Shown here one piece after another: positions 43,401-59,199 of a DNA stretch of 64,000 nt. The stretch spans positions 23,498,001 to 23,562,000 of the forward strand of contig OZ024742.1 of assembly GCA_964016885.1 (NCBI GenBank), written 5' to 3'. The stretch is from Eledone cirrhosa. Lineage: Eukaryota. The notes beneath the pieces were generated by a model. That model worked only from the letters and a program-made list of their open reading frames with translations. It did no database searches and was not told the DNA's origin. Positions within the stretch are counted from its first letter, which is position 1. Each line of letters starts with the position of its first letter. Position numbers and translations under genes: made by a program.

Positions 43401-46318
43401 CATTCCAGTCCCCAGCGACAATGAGAACATCACTGGAGGGGACGCCATCCACGGTTGTTTGGAGATCGGCATAGAACTGCGTCTTGTCCGCCTCTTCCGC
43501 ATTGAGTGTGGGAGCGTAGACGGCAATTACGCTGACCTTGGAGATTTGAACCTTCAATCGAACCAGCGCGAGTCGGTGTGAGATCGGCTGCCACACCAGC
43601 AGAGCCGCTTGCGCGTCGGGGCTGAGCGCTACAGCGACCCTGTGAAGGCCACTGTTGTCAGTCACGCCACTATGGTACAAGTGATAGGAGATGTACTCGC
43701 CAGGAACTTTGATCGGAAGATGACCAACATCGTGAAGTCGAACTTCTGAAAGGCAAGCGACACTAACGCAGTACCTGTGCAGAACCTTCATTGTGAGTGC
43801 CTGGACACCGTCGTCACGAAGTGTTCGGACGTTCCAGCACGCCACCCTCAATTATTTCCTTCGTCTGAAGAGCAGCACTAATGCGGGAGTAGTCTGCAGA
43901 GCCGTAGCAGCAGGAGCGTTGTTGTTTTGTATTGCGTTCGTAGCGGGAAGTCAATTCGTATTCATAGTTCGTATTTGTAGGATTCATGGAAGAAGTGTCA
44001 TGGGACTAGTGAATTCACAAGCGGTCCCCAAAAAACCGGCATGTATATCCCGAACGAGGGGAAAAAACGTCCTGTTTGCCGTAGATTCTCCACAGACGCA
44101 GGGACAGAAACGACCCGAAGCCGCCGGTTGCCGGAACAGACAGCTCTTGGATTTTCACAAGAGCCCCTTTTGCCGGGTTGCAGCCCTAATACCGCTGGGT
44201 GCCAGACCAATCCGCCTCGGGTGGCCCTACCAGGAACCGAAGTTTCCAACAGCATAGCTCTGACACTAACCGTTTCCACCGCCCTGCCGCGTTGAGGAGG
44301 GGTTGGACTTTATGGAAGGTATAGATGTGATAGCCATCACCGAGTCCATGATTCACGACAAGCAGCCGCTAACCGCCATGTTCGATGATTTTGAGATCTA
44401 CGCATCTCTCTGTCAGCCAGAGGGTGGAGGAGGAGTTGCTGTTCTGTTTCGAAAAAACTTGGATCTCAAAATACAGATGATTCACTTGGACCCGGAGGGC
44501 AGCCTGGTGGTCCTAGACGTGAATGGTAGTGAAAGTGGAACTTTCAGACTGGTAGCCGTATATGCCCCGACGGGGACATCGCGACCAGAGTTTTTCAAGC
44601 ATCTGGAACCATTCCTGTGAACGTCTCACCCCTTAGTGTTAACGGGACTGGAATGGCATCTTAGACGCACGTTGGGACTATGTAGGAGATTGTGATAATA
44701 GAGGGGTGTGTAATAGGGTAAAAAATCTCATCAGCCAATTCCAACTGGCTGATAGATATCGACTAGACTTCCTAAGTGCATCACTGTGGACGTGGAGCAA
44801 CCGTACTGGGTCTTCTAGATCGTATTTAGATAGAATGAAAAGGAATCATTAAGCTGTCTTCAAATGCACATGGTTGCCTATTCAGACCACAAATTAGTCA
44901 TCTGCGTAGTCAACTTGATAAAACACATAGACAAGGGGCCCGGATACTGGAAGCTAAACATGTCGCTCCCGGCACGTAAGGTCTATAGTAATAGTGTCGA
45001 AAACATCAGAAATCGGGCTAATCGGCAAACTATTACAGGAATACGAAACGTTGACAGGAGCAAGACTAAACCCAAACAAGTCTGTCGGTTTGCAACTCGG
45101 CACATGGAGAGGCAAACCCAAGCCTTCCGACAGTGTCGTTTGACAATGGTCGGAAGGACCGGTGAAATGGCTTGCGGTCTGGTTTGGTCCAGACCTCCAG
45201 GTATACGAGAACTGGAACGAGGTCACGGCGAAGGGGTTTGCACTCATCCAGAGGTGGGCTGAGTGCAAACTCTCATTGAAAGGTCGAGCGGAGGTGGCGA
45301 ACACTTACATAGCGTCCGTCATCTAATACTGCTTGACAGTTGTGCCTTGACCCCGCTAATACCTTACCAAAATGGAACGCCTACTCTTCAAGTTACTCTG
45401 GAAACGGCAATCGGCGGAGACTCGACTTCGACATTCTATAGAGATTAGTGGAGGATAAGTGCGACGACGTTCTCGGGGAAACTCTAGGCAACGAGGAGGA
45501 CGAACTGGCCAGTCAGTTAGGGAGGACTTTCTGTTCAGGGCCTATGGATAACTTCCAGAGGTCTCTGGCTTGGCAGTGCTACCGAAGAGCTGTACCAGTT
45601 CGAGACAAAATCTACAGGCACGGACGCCCTGACAGGGATCCTGCCAAAAGGACCTGTCCAAGATGCGAGCAGGACATCGAAACCGTTCTGCACGCAATTG
45701 TTCAGTGCCCAGGGGTGACCGACCTGAGGAATTATGTCGAACAGCTGCTGTCACGTGTGGGACGCATCCAGTTGTCAGCCGAGTCCATCGTGAGGATCAC
45801 CCCGCCGCCTTCATTTAAGAACGAAGGAGTGGCGGTTTTTCTCTGTCTGGTGGCTATGGCGAAAGAGGTAATATGGTGGACGAGGTTAAAAGGACTGAGA
45901 GCAAACACCCTTTCTCTCCGGACAACAACTTATCCCCTTATTTAAGTATCACTTCATAAGGAAGGTGAGAGTGGAGAGAAAGGTGCTACACCCCAGTAAA
46001 TTCGCTGAAAGGTGGGTGAATGTGGCGAAAATGGCCCGAGTGGATGGGCCTTCACTGTATATAAAACTGTAGGTTGAGGAAGATAAAAAGAGGGAAGACA
46101 GGAACACCTACAAAACGTGTTCCTGGTGTTGAGGGTTGTTCTATCCACGGGGTGTAAAACAACCCTGCAGTAACGTTCCCCCTATTGGGGATTTCAATTG
46201 TTATTTTATTATATATAGTTTATTGTTATTTATTAATGTTAAAGTTATTTTTATGTAAAACCCCCGCCGTCACGTCTTGTAATGTCCCATTTGTGTACGC
46301 CCCTGTGGCAAATAAAGA
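40500..46318 (+). pseudogene. Tx1/L1-like LINE, internally deleted, split by an RTE insertion
   Basis: The APE domain begins GCLNVHGL (~40803) and resumes IDVIAITE..GGGVAVL..VAVYAP (44320-44620), then DWN, SDH, GPGYWKLN. C-terminal CPRC..ETVLHA..QCP. 3' end CCCTGTGGCAAATAAAGA. Most RT motifs are missing. Confidence 0.8.
40892..44318 (-). mobile_element. Full-length RTE-clade LINE with frameshifts
   Basis: APE motifs (WNVRTL, VYAPT, GDWNA, IDYILV, SDH) and RT motifs (KAPGEDG, QGCALSP, YADD, FVYLGS, WFGH). (CAAGTA)n tail. TSD GTATAGATGTGATA at 40878-40891 and 44319-44332. Confidence 0.93.
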
Positions 46319-46328
46319 TATATATCTA

Positions 46329-46381
<53 letters not shown>

Positions 46382-46899
46382 GCAAACATATATATTTGTA
46401 TATTTATTTATTTATATAATACATGTGTATGTCTGGTTTTAAGTGTGACCTGTACGTTTATGTGTTTGAGTGAGTGTGTGAGAGTATGTAAGAGTGCTTG
46501 AGAATGAGTGTGAGTGTGTGTGTGCGTGTGTGTGTGTATGTGTGTGTGTGTGTGTGCGTGTGTACGTGTATGTGTGTGTGTATGCGTGTGTGTGTGTGTA
46601 GGAGAGGCAGAAAGGAGGTGGATATGGGGAAAATAGTTGAGAAAAATTGAATAAAAAGGAATGAAAGGCTGAAAGATGTATGAGAAGAAAGTGAGAGGTA
46701 AGGATAATAAAAAGAGGGGGGGGGTTAACATAAGAAGGGGAATCTGGCTAAATGGAGAGATTGCATGAGAAAGAAGAAGGTGAAAGAGGGGTGACCGTAC
46801 TAAATAGATATGGGACATGCAAGGATTAAGGGAGCAATTTATAGCATCTCAATGGAAATAAGATGTGACTATAAGGAACAATGTCGTCGACATTGGTGG

Positions 46900-47579
46900 T
46901 AGATGGTAGGATTGGGGTGGTAGTGGCTGTGAGAAGGAGGATGATATTGATGATGATAGTGATGATGGTTACGGTGATCCTGGTGGTGGTGGTGGTGGTG
47001 GTGGTGGTACTGGATGGTGATGAGGATGATTGTGATGATGATTAAGGCGATTGTGATGATGGTGGTGGTGGTGGTGGTGGTGGTGGTGGTACTGGATGGT
47101 GATGAGGATGATTGTGATGATGATTATGGTGATCCTGATGGTGGTGGTGGTGGTGGTAGCACTGGATGATGATGATGATGATGAGGAGGAGGAGGAGGAG
47201 GAGGAGGAGAAGGAGGGGGATGGTGATGTTGATGATGATGATGGTGATGAGGAGGATGATGATGATGATTATGGTGATTATGATGATGATGATGATGATG
47301 ATGAGTGTGATGAAGATAATGATAATTATGTTGTGCGAGCACGCGCACGCTACTTCTAATGATGATGATAATAGTAGTGATGATAATGATGATAATGAGG
47401 ATAATGACCATGATGATCACGGACATAATGATGAAGAGAATGGTGATGATGATGGTGATGAAGGGGGCGTCTACATTTATGATGGTGTTTTGGAGTTGGG
47501 GGTGGAGATCGGGGTGTGTGGCTTCAATGAGAGGTGATGATATAGGTGGTGTTGGAGTTGATATTGGTGGTGTAAATTG

Positions 47580-47621
<42 letters not shown>

Positions 47622-48270
47622 TAGAATAATACCCGTCAAACGGCATCTAAATATGGAAAATATGTTTGCCATTGTGTGTAAAAAGTAGGTAAATAAATAT
47701 AAATGTATAAATACAAATATACAAAGAAATGTATTACGTAATTCTATGTACTGTTTGTTGTGGTGATGTTGATTGTGGTGCTGTTTGTGGTATTGGTTGT
47801 GGTGTTGGCTGTAGTGCTGGTTGTGGTGCTGGTTGTAATGCTGGTTGTTGTGCTGGTTGTTGTGCTGGTTGTAATGCTGGTTGTTGTGCTGGTTGTGATG
47901 TTGGTTGTGGTGCTGGTTGTGGTGTTGGATGTGATGACGGTTTTGGTGCTGATTGTGGTGCTGGCTGTGGTGTTGGTTGTAGTGCTGTTTGTGATGCTGG
48001 TTGTAGGGCTGCTGATTGTGGTGCTGGCTGTGGTGTTGTAGTGGTGCTGGTTGTGGTGCTAGTTGTGGTGCTGATTTTGATATTGGCTGTGATACCAATT
48101 ATGAGGCTGGTTGTGATGCCAGTTGTGGGGCGGTGAAGGTGGGTTTGTTGGTGGTAATGTTGTCTGTGGTGGTGGTGTCGGTGGTAGTTGTGGCAGAGGT
48201 GGTGGTGGCGGTGGCAAAGGCGGTGGTGGTGGTGGTGCCTGTGGTGGGGATGAGGTGGTAGTAGTATTAT
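46900..48270. repeat. (GAT)/(GGT) low-complexity tract and 12-bp GGTTGTGGTGCT minisatellite (47760-48125)
   Basis: Seen directly; accounts for the poly-D/E/M, QHHN and CGAG ORFs. Confidence 0.9.
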
Positions 48271-48602
48271 TCATTGTCCTTGCTCTAATAGTTATGATGT
48301 GTATGACTGTTGTAGAGGCAGTACAATTGTCTTGGTTATGACAAAATAATGCCTAGAACTCTATATTGCCTCTATGTCCTTGCCAATAATTTGATGGATA
48401 TTCTACCGAGATCAATCATTTTGCCATTATTTAATGTATAACAGGGTTTCTATATGTAAGTATATATTATGCATATGTATATATATGTAAGCATGCGTGT
48501 GCGTATGTATACATGTGCCTATGTACGTATGTACTTATGAATGTATGTGCGCATGTATATTTGTATTTCTCTGTATGCATATATATATATATACTGTATA
48601 CA

Positions 48603-48736
<134 letters not shown>

Positions 48737-48787
48737 TATACATATATATATGTATATATACATATATATATACTGTATACATATATG

Positions 48788-48825
<38 letters not shown>

Positions 48826-48846
48826 TATACATATATATATGTATAT

Positions 48847-48890
<44 letters not shown>

Positions 48891-49892
48891 TATATATTTT
48901 ATATATATATGTGGAAGAGAGAGGGTGAATGTATACATACAACGTGACTCTATTTGTGTATAGGATTATGTGTGTATGGATACATATACTCTTTTATAAC
49001 AGTTGAGTGACTTTTTTTCTGCCACACATAAAGAAACTACCTTGGTGATGCTACTGACTCTGGGAGAATTCTGCAGATCGTAGCCAAAGAATCATCGAAT
49101 TTCTCTGTGTTGTTGGCAAGAAAAAAATGTAATTACGATTATATACACATCTAAATAAACAGTCTAAATATTAACCAACACCTCAATAAACCCATTCTTA
49201 CTTTGGATAGATATTCAATAAAATGGAGAAAAATTTTTTCTAGCACAAACACGAAAATGGAATGAAAAAAACAAACAACCAGATGAAAATAAAATGGATA
49301 AAATAAAAAGAATATAAGAACTGGAGTGAATTTTCAAAAGAATTTCGCTGATATTTCTAGATATAGCTATAATTAACATTCGATATCAATGGGCTTTTAT
49401 GTTGCTATGAAAATAGTCCAGCAGTGACGAAAGAAAGAAAGAGCGAAAAGACCGTACAACAGTTGCTATAGAAAGTGTGAATGCGCAGAATTAAATGGTA
49501 ACTACTTGACAGTACTTCCTCTATATCGATTACAGTTGTTGTTGTTGTTGTTGTTGTTGTTGTTGCTTTTTTGGAAGCGAGTTCAGTTCTATTCTATATT
49601 TTATTTGTTCATTCTAATATTTTAGCGTTGAATGTAGAATCGTTGTAATGTTAGCTAGAAGGATGTGTTAATGAATTCTTGAAATGAAGATAATATAAAC
49701 ATTATGCAGGGATATCAAACAACGTGGATTTGAGGAAAAAATATATCAGCACATGGATATATAGGAAAATAAAATGCAATGTGATGCTTTTACGTTTATT
49801 TAGCTTAGGTTCTGGTTTCTTTAAATATATGTGTGTGTGTGTGAATATGTATATCAGTATATATACATACATACATATATATACATATACGC

Positions 49893-49923
<31 letters not shown>

Positions 49924-50143
49924 CACACATAAATATATACATACACTTACATATCCATATATATACATTCATACACATACATGCACATGCAAGTATATAT
50001 ATATATACATTCACACACTCACACACACTCACACACACACGTATATATATATATATAATTCAGCAATAATTATACACATATTTTTCTTTATTTCAAACTT
50101 ATCATCAGGATGGAATATTTTTTGCCTTTTATTTCCTATAACA

Positions 50144-50190
<47 letters not shown>

Positions 50191-50869
50191 TGTTCCTATA
50201 GAAGACGGTTTTACTCTATTTAGAGGAAGACCTGGTGTTTTAAGAGTATTTAATGTATACTATGTATGTAGCGACGGTGAAAGTATGACCTACAATTTTT
50301 ATGACATATGAAAACATTACCGATTTCCATGTTTTACCCAAGGTCATTAATTTATGGAAAAGTAGTAGAGTTCTTTGAATAAACACCAATATAAAACTGA
50401 TACTTCTTTTACCGAGCCCAGAACTATGAAATAACATATAATAGAAGTCACCGTCTGATTGTAATCTAAAATATAAATATGATAATATTAATACAAATAT
50501 CTGCTCATAAGCGGAGATGTCATAAAATAGCCTATAAAATAGTGGCTAGCCGGTATCTGGGAGATATGGGGTACGATTCTTCATAGTGGCTCTTGGCAAC
50601 TTGTTTGTTCGTCTATTAATGGTTTACCCCTATTTTATAAGCTATTTTGTAGCATCTCTGTGCATGAGCACATCATTCTTTATACTAACTTTATCTTCTC
50701 AGTGCTTTAAGAGTTTGAGTGATTGGCTGCGTATACATATACATCCCATCACCCTAGTATTTAGGATATCCTCCGCATTTAAAATAGATGTGTTTCCTAA
50801 ATTTAGTCTTAATGTTTTTATAAACTATAATAGAATATTGGGGGAAATTGTGGTGCTTATTTATTGATC

Positions 50870-51600
50870 ACATGAATTCTTTTGGAGCAACGATAGACAA
50901 CGAAATACACTTTTTGTTTCTTCCGATTGCTCGGGAAGCAGATTCTTATCCTATGACATTTGCAGACTCTCAGTGACCGATGTGATGGAGTGAAACTTTG
51001 TAAATAAACGGTTGTAGGAAACAATAAACATGGCTAGGATTGAAATCAGGCAAGTTGAAATTTGAGGAGAGAATTACGAGGTGAAGTGTTTAGAAGCCTG
51101 ATGAAGGAAACCAAATGAACAAAGACGGGAGGAGATATGGATGAATCAGAAATGTTTCAGTGATGGTGGAATGAATGCAAAAAGTTTCGAGTAGCAGAAG
51201 CAAGTATAATCATCATGGAATCAATTGACAAGATTCTAGATCCCTCTCCTTTAACGAGTGGTGCGGAACTCCTCAAATCGACAATGATTCTATTGGTCTT
51301 TCCATTTCTGCTACAATCTACGGCGCTAGCGGGTGCAATTCCTGACAGAAAGAATAGTAGTAGAAACGACAGAGTGAAGGCATCCAACAGTAGGTTAGAT
51401 GTTAAAGTGTATTGGTGAGCGTCTTCATGTCAATGAAACAATTAGACTTGCTTTTGTGGGAAAGGCTCGGCTATTGGTGCTTGGTAAGTAGTGGTAGGAC
51501 CATAATATGTGTGGGAGCAGAATGCCGTTGTGGTTTTTACCTATATTTTCTAGAATTAATAGTAGGTATGTGTGCTATAAGCTATTTTGACAACGCTGTA
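50870..51600 (-). pseudogene. Possible very old LINE fragment (region between endonuclease and RT)
   Basis: Weak resemblance only; no complete motif seen. Confidence 0.25.
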
Positions 51601-52486
51601 TATATTTGAATTGCCTTTCAATTTAATATTCTCTGAATAGAAGACAGTGATATTGTCGTAAAATAAATAAGTTAATTCTAGTTCAATTTATTCCTTATAT
51701 CTACTTCAATAAATTTCGTCAGTGAATTGCATACACAAGAATATCAGCAACTTGTGAGTTCAGAAATGTTTTCGGATATTAGAATAAAAGAAAAATCTTT
51801 ATTTCATTCATTTTGCAGCGCTTTAAATTTAACCTACCATAAGTGATATTGCATTACTCAAGAGATTGCACAAATGAATGATGATTGAGCTAACATAAAT
51901 TTCTCACAGAAAATGTCAATAATTATGATTTTTAAATATATGAGAAAATTATTATATATACTTAAATGTAGTCAATTTAACAAGTACAAGTCTCAACATT
52001 AAGACATTATCTCTATAAACTGCCATTTTATCTAATATTGCTTTCCCAGTGTGGCATAGTTCTGTTAGAAAATATACTAAATGTTGTTAAGTGGTAACAT
52101 ACAGGAAAAGTTTAACTTAAATTGAAAATATACGATATTTTTGTAGTCGGATAAATGGTTTTATCGAAAAAGATATCCTGCGATCACTGCAATACATAAC
52201 AAAAATATCGTAGAGAGCGTCCTGAGTATATAGTTCTTTATGTTGGTTGCATTGCTGGCTTTTTGAATGCGATTTAACAGTGCCTGTTATTGTATTAGGT
52301 CGAAACTAGTCCTAAAATCACTAAAATCAGTAAATGGACACACGCATGGGTCTGTGGTGGTGATTGCTTCAGTTTGGGGTCGACTTATATCTTGTATTTG
52401 TCATTTGACAGACAGAAAGTACGGAATCCTGTCACAAGGATTGTTCACATTCTATATATATATATATGTATATATATATATGAACG

Positions 52487-52518
<32 letters not shown>

Positions 52519-52549
52519 CGTATATATATATATATATATATATATGAAC

Positions 52550-52628
<79 letters not shown>

Positions 52629-52674
52629 CGTTAGAACATCTGACTGATAAAATGATAAGTCAGTCAATCATATT

Positions 52675-52975
52675 GGTGGCCTTCCCCCAGCCGGGGCGGA
52701 CAGAATGGAGAAGGCGTTTCTCCGGAGGACGGCAAGGGAGACGCGCTGGACTGGAAAAGCCATTCCAGCTCGCGAGGCTCACACATGCGGCTGGCCTACT
52801 CAGTCCCTATGCTGGTGAGTAGGGAGAGAGCCCTAGGGCTGAGGATACCAGTAGTCTCCACTGCCAAGGGTACAACCGCAAACCTGTCGGAGAGCAGCCG
52901 GTATTTGAAGAGTATGGCCTCCTCAGCCAGACAGGCAGCAGAAACTGGATTAGTCGCAGACTGTACCAGGTTGCG
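52675..52975 (-). pseudogene. CRE-clade (RLE) non-LTR retrotransposon 3' fragment
   Basis: AA..AE....KY..L...FAVVPLAVETTG, then EPRELEWLFQ and (after a frameshift) RVSLAVLRRNA, typical of CRE C-termini. Confidence 0.75.
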
Positions 52976-53608
52976 GCTCTGTTCCCTCCAAAGTCGAATA
53001 CGTTTATTTAGCAGAATACACTCTGTTGAAATGATAGGTTTCTGTCTGGGAGTTACTTGATACATACATTCCAACAATGGATTCATCAGAAAAATTCATG
53101 GCATTGCACTACATTCTCTGTTTAAGTGAAACTAAATAATAAATTTATTTCCAAGGTTTTTGACTTTTGATGATAATATTTTAACACCAACATTAAGGTC
53201 GCATTTGAATAAAGAACATGTAACATAGAACAGCTTTGTTGCCTTTGTTGCCTCTCTTTCCCGTTGTCGCAGCCTTCGAATTCCTTACCATATTTTCATT
53301 TTGTCTATCGATACTCCAAATTATAAACTTGTGTTCGATACATAAACACCTAAACTTTTCCATAAATGTTATATTATAACTCCTAATACAAAAATTAAGA
53401 TTGAATTTAAGAAACAAATCTATTTGTAGTGTGGTGGATATAATAAATATTAGTTATACCATTATATTTTAGATTGAAATCAGCTGTTGGCTGTTGCACT
53501 GTAACATCTATTTCAGAACGTCTGGAAACCCACTTTTCATCATCTCTCAAGTAGTTTAGAGTACGTGAAAACTATCAGAAATTATATTTAGAGAAGATGC
53601 CCATCTTG

Positions 53609-53711
<103 letters not shown>

Positions 53712-54744
53712 GCACACACCGACAAACACACAAGCACACTCTCTTTCTCTCTGTTTCACTCACGCGCTTTTTCCTCTGTCTCTCTCAATATCTTCTGAAA
53801 AGCAGAGATTTATTCAATAGGTAAGCATTTGTTGTCAAATTCATTCTAGCTCACTGGAAAATTCTACCTACATCAGACTGTGATTTATACTGGCATATCA
53901 ACACATTTAAATCCAAATTTACACGCATACTAATGTATCTTGATAAATCAGATATTTATGAGATACATATATTTCGTACGGCACCGATTCACGGACGGTA
54001 CTTTTGCAAAATTATTTCCGCCTACAGGGATTATATGCCTAATTTATAAGACTATTTTTCATAGACAAACAAGGTTGATGCCTCTTTCAAATTCTCACCA
54101 AATTATTAGATATATTTTACTCTTCAAAAACCTTCATCGATAACCCTAATCTCACAATTCTCACATTTCATCGTTAACACCATCTCTATAAAAACAATAC
54201 TACATAGGTAGTTCTATTACACATACTGCTAAACTAACATGCAACCTACAACAAAATTACTGTTTAGAAAGACAACCATAAATTCTTCTCATAAACAAGC
54301 ACCTTTTCGCACAAACTAAAACAGGCTAAAATATTATTTATAGCAATTATTTGAAATCTAATAACGGACAGAGAATTGCAGGTGACAGAATGTAAGATTT
54401 ATCTTGTATATAACCTTCAGTGAACTTTTTCGAAACAGCTTTCGTTTGGAAATACACAAAGGGTTTAACTCGACTATGACATTTATTTTCTTATTCTCCC
54501 CATATCCTAGTTCTTTATCGTTTGTTTGTAGCTGGTTTGTTTGTTTGTTTACTTTTTTCAAGCGTTGCATGATTGTTTTGGCCCTGTAAAATGGACGACA
54601 TGCAAAAGTTTTCAAATTATGCCCTGAACATAAAACTTAAGAAAAATAATTGAATATGGTAATATTACATAAACATTGCATTCACCACTACTTTGTCTAC
54701 ACACATAAACACACACACATTATATTATATTATTTATATATATA

Positions 54745-55755
<1,011 letters not shown>

Positions 55756-56097
55756 TTAACGACTTGCTTCTCTTTCATCAATTTCTTCGATTATATATAT
55801 ATATATATTGAAAAGGCGTTCCCCAAAATGTGCCTTTTGTTAGCTTAATGGAAGCTGCTGTTTCAACGTACGCTTTTAGGCTATGAAAATACACAAAAAA
55901 AAAATGGATATACAGAACCCTCGAGATGGAATTATACCCAATATCAACTGTTTTCATAGTCTAGAATTTATTTGTAAAAAGTTTCATCAGCTGACACACA
56001 CACACACACACACATATATATGTACACCTATATGCAAAGCTAATACTTAACTCAATACACTATAAACAAAAACATACCTCCTTCCTTTTAAAATAAT

Positions 56098-56780
56098 TGT
56101 TTGCCAGCAATTATCCCAGTGTAATTTTGGTACTTTATTTTATCGACCCTGTAAGGATGAAAGGCAAAGTTAACCTCGACGGGATTTGAACTCAGACCAT
56201 AAAGGGCAGTAACTGTTTGCTGCAAAGCATGACGTCGGACCTTCTACCGATACTGCCAATCCTGCCTTTTAAAATAATGGTTTCTGCTTTAGGCGCAATG
56301 CCAATAATTTGGGGAGAAGAGAAATTCGTTTAAATTGACTCCAATTCGTGCCTGGTACTGTATTTTATCGACCCCGTTAGATTGAAAAGCAAAATTAAAT
56401 TTGATGTTATTGGAAGTCAAAACTTAAAGGGACGTAACTCTACGCCATGAAAGATGTTGTCCAACGCTCCACCGACACTCCCGATCCACCTCTCTATATC
56501 TAAACTATAATAAATCAAGGAGTGCGGGACTGCGTCTGGAACATATTTTTTTATCCCGTTTGTAAAATAAGTTGGATTATTTTGAATAGATAATTATTTC
56601 TACTTTTGGCACAAAACCAGCAATTATCCAGTGTATTACTGGTACTTTATTTTATCGATCCCGTAAGGATGAAAAGGCAAAGTTAACCTCGGTGGGATTT
56701 GAACTCAGGTCGTAAAGGCTCGTAACTCCATGCTGCAAAGCATGGCGTCCAACCCTCTAACAATACTACCAATCCACCGC
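56098..56780 (-). mobile_element. Cluster of three SINE family A/A-related copies
   Basis: Copies at ~56098-56264 (TSD CCTTTTAAAATAAT), ~56279-56490 and ~56594-56780. Confidence 0.85.
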
Positions 56781-57249
56781 AATAAATAGTGAATGAATAT
56801 TACATAATCTATCTACTAAATTTCGTTATTCTTGATTATTCTTGATTAAATATAAATAATTTTGTTGCTTATTTTAAGATTCATTTCTTTAACATTTTCA
56901 AATGTCAACACTTCCGGTTAGCGATTGCTTAAATATACATTCATATATTTCCGTCATTAATTTTCTCCTAATGCAGTTTATACATAATATCGTCTTTTTA
57001 CAATGAATCATGGATTACTTTACTGAGAATATAAGACAGTGTAACACAGTCTTCATTCAATTTCTGTGTATATTGTCAATTACGATTTTATTTGATGTAT
57101 CATATCTACATGTATATATACTTGCGTATAATATCAATATGCACACTACACATGCTAGCAGAAAACCACCCGAACGGTGGTTTTTCTGCTAGTAATTTTA
57201 ATGTATGTATGCTTGGTCCCGTCAATCTTGGCGGAAATGTAGGTGTGCC

Positions 57250-57750
57250 CTAGTAACATACGATGTTTCTATGGCATTTTAAGTTTGGCGGAGCCCATCT
57301 CTTTTCCAGATCTGAGTAGAGCAGATTTCTTCCAGAGAAGGGTAGAGAGTGAGAGAAGGGAAATGAGAAAGAGTTATAGAAGAATAATCGACCCAAGTCC
57401 TTAACTGATAGATTTTTTATCGACATCGAATAGATGAAAATCAAAGTTGACCTCAGCGGGATTTGATCTCAAAATGCTGAATCAAAATGCTGAATCGAAA
57501 ACCGAAAAGCATTAGATCCGGCGGTGGATTCGCAGTATCGGTGGAGGGTCGAACGCCATGCTTTGCAGCAAAGAGTTACGGCTCTTTATGGTCTGACGCC
57601 AAATCCCGCCGAGGTTTACTTTGCCTTTTATCCTTACGGGGTCGATAAAATAAAGTACCAGTAATACACAGGGATAATTGCTGGCCTTGTGTCAAAAGTA
57701 GAAACAATTATATCCGATGTTGTAACGACACTATCAATTTACCACTCTTA
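57250..57750 (-). mobile_element. SINE family B (minus) with nested SINE family A (plus, ~57521-57706)
   Basis: Family B tail on the minus strand; nested copy bounded by ATTAGATCCG / ATTATATCCG. Confidence 0.75.
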
Positions 57751-58029
57751 TATAGCGAGAGTCTTTAATAAAAAACATTTAACATAGAAAGCATCATGTG
57801 TTCGGTGAACCGTTTAAGATGTAAATTGCAAAATATTGTGTCTGTTACGGTGTCTTTTAATTGGATGCCATATACATTTGTCGTATATCTGTAGGTCTGA
57901 GAAAACAAAAAGATTGTTGGTTACCAGGTGGTGTTATGTTAAGTAGTTTAGTCTATGTTAAAATCATTTAATATCAGCTCGACTTTCTATGTTGTAGCTA
58001 AGATATGGGTGTGAGTTCATGGTTAAATA

Positions 58030-58760
58030 TATAGGTGGTGGGGTGTGGGGTGGCTGAGGGGAGTGCGGAGATGGTGGTGGTGAGCGTGAAAGCCGTTGGT
58101 GGTAGTAAGTGTGGTGATGGTGGCGGCGGGGATTATGGTGGTGGTGAGTGTGGTGATACGTGTAATGATGGTGTTGGTGAGTGAGGAGGTAAGTGTGGTG
58201 ATGGTGCCAGTGGGGAGTGCGGTGATGGTGGTGGTGAGCGTGAAAGTCGTTGGTGGTGGTAAGTGTGGTGATGGTGGTGGTGAGTGTGGTGATGCGTGTA
58301 ATGATGGTGTTGGTAAGTGTGGAGGTAAGTGTGGTGATGGTGCCGGTGGGGAGTGCGGTGATGGTGGTGGTGAGCGTGAAAGTCGTTGGTGGTGGTAAGT
58401 GTGGTGATGGTGGCGGTGGGGATTGTGGTGATGGTGGTGGTGAGTGTGGTGATGAGTGTAATGATGGTGGTGGTGAGTGTGGTGGTAAGTGTGGTGATGG
58501 TGCCGGTGGGGACTATGGTGATTGTGGTGGTGAGCGTGAAAGTCGTTGGTGGTGGTAAGTGTGGTGATGGTGGCGGTGGGGACTATGGTGATGGTCGTGG
58601 TTGCTGTGGCAGTCGTTGGTAGTGGTGTGTGTGGTGATGGTGGTCATGAGGAGTGAAGTAATGGTGGTGTTGAGTTCAGTGGTGGTGAGTGTGGTAGTGA
58701 TGGTGTTCGTGGTGGTTGTCGTAGGTGGTTGTAGTTGTTGTTGCAATGGGTGGTGGTGGT
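58030..58760 (+). repeat. GGT-rich compound minisatellite with ~140-160-bp higher-order period
   Basis: GAGCGTGAAAG(C/T)CGTTGGTGGT recurs four times. Confidence 0.85.
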
Positions 58761-59199
58761 GTCGGGGATAATGCTATCTCAAGTTATATATGGGAGTTGA
58801 TGGTTCTATTAGAAACATACACACTAATACTATATATACACACATATTTATATTCTATATACATATATATACATACATATTTATATTATATATACATACA
58901 TGCAATACATATGCACATATATACTATATATACACATATATACACACGTATACACATATATACTATATATATACATATATACACACATTTATATTATATA
59001 TACACACATGTACTACGTATACACATATATTTATAGTATATATACACACAGGTATATATTTCACTACAACTGGCCCTGTTTTCAACATCACATATAAACA
59101 TATTAAGATCCCATAACATTCAAAATGTGTTTGGTCGTGTTAGTGATGGTCATGCTCAATGTGTGAAAACTATATCTTTCTAATAATATCTATCTATCT

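Noticed and set aside
47096-48341. His/Gln-rich, Cys/Gly-rich and acidic ORFs
   Set aside because: Products of tri- and dodecanucleotide repeats, open on both strands, and one runs through a (TA)n tract.
50080-50115. Minus-strand CTGATGA..GAAA
   Set aside because: No stem II, stem III or stem I pairing.
53030-53095. Minus-strand CTGATGA..GAAACCTATC (similar cases at 55940-55995 and 59400-59440)
   Set aside because: Stems I and III do not pair; possibly ancient relics but not supportable.
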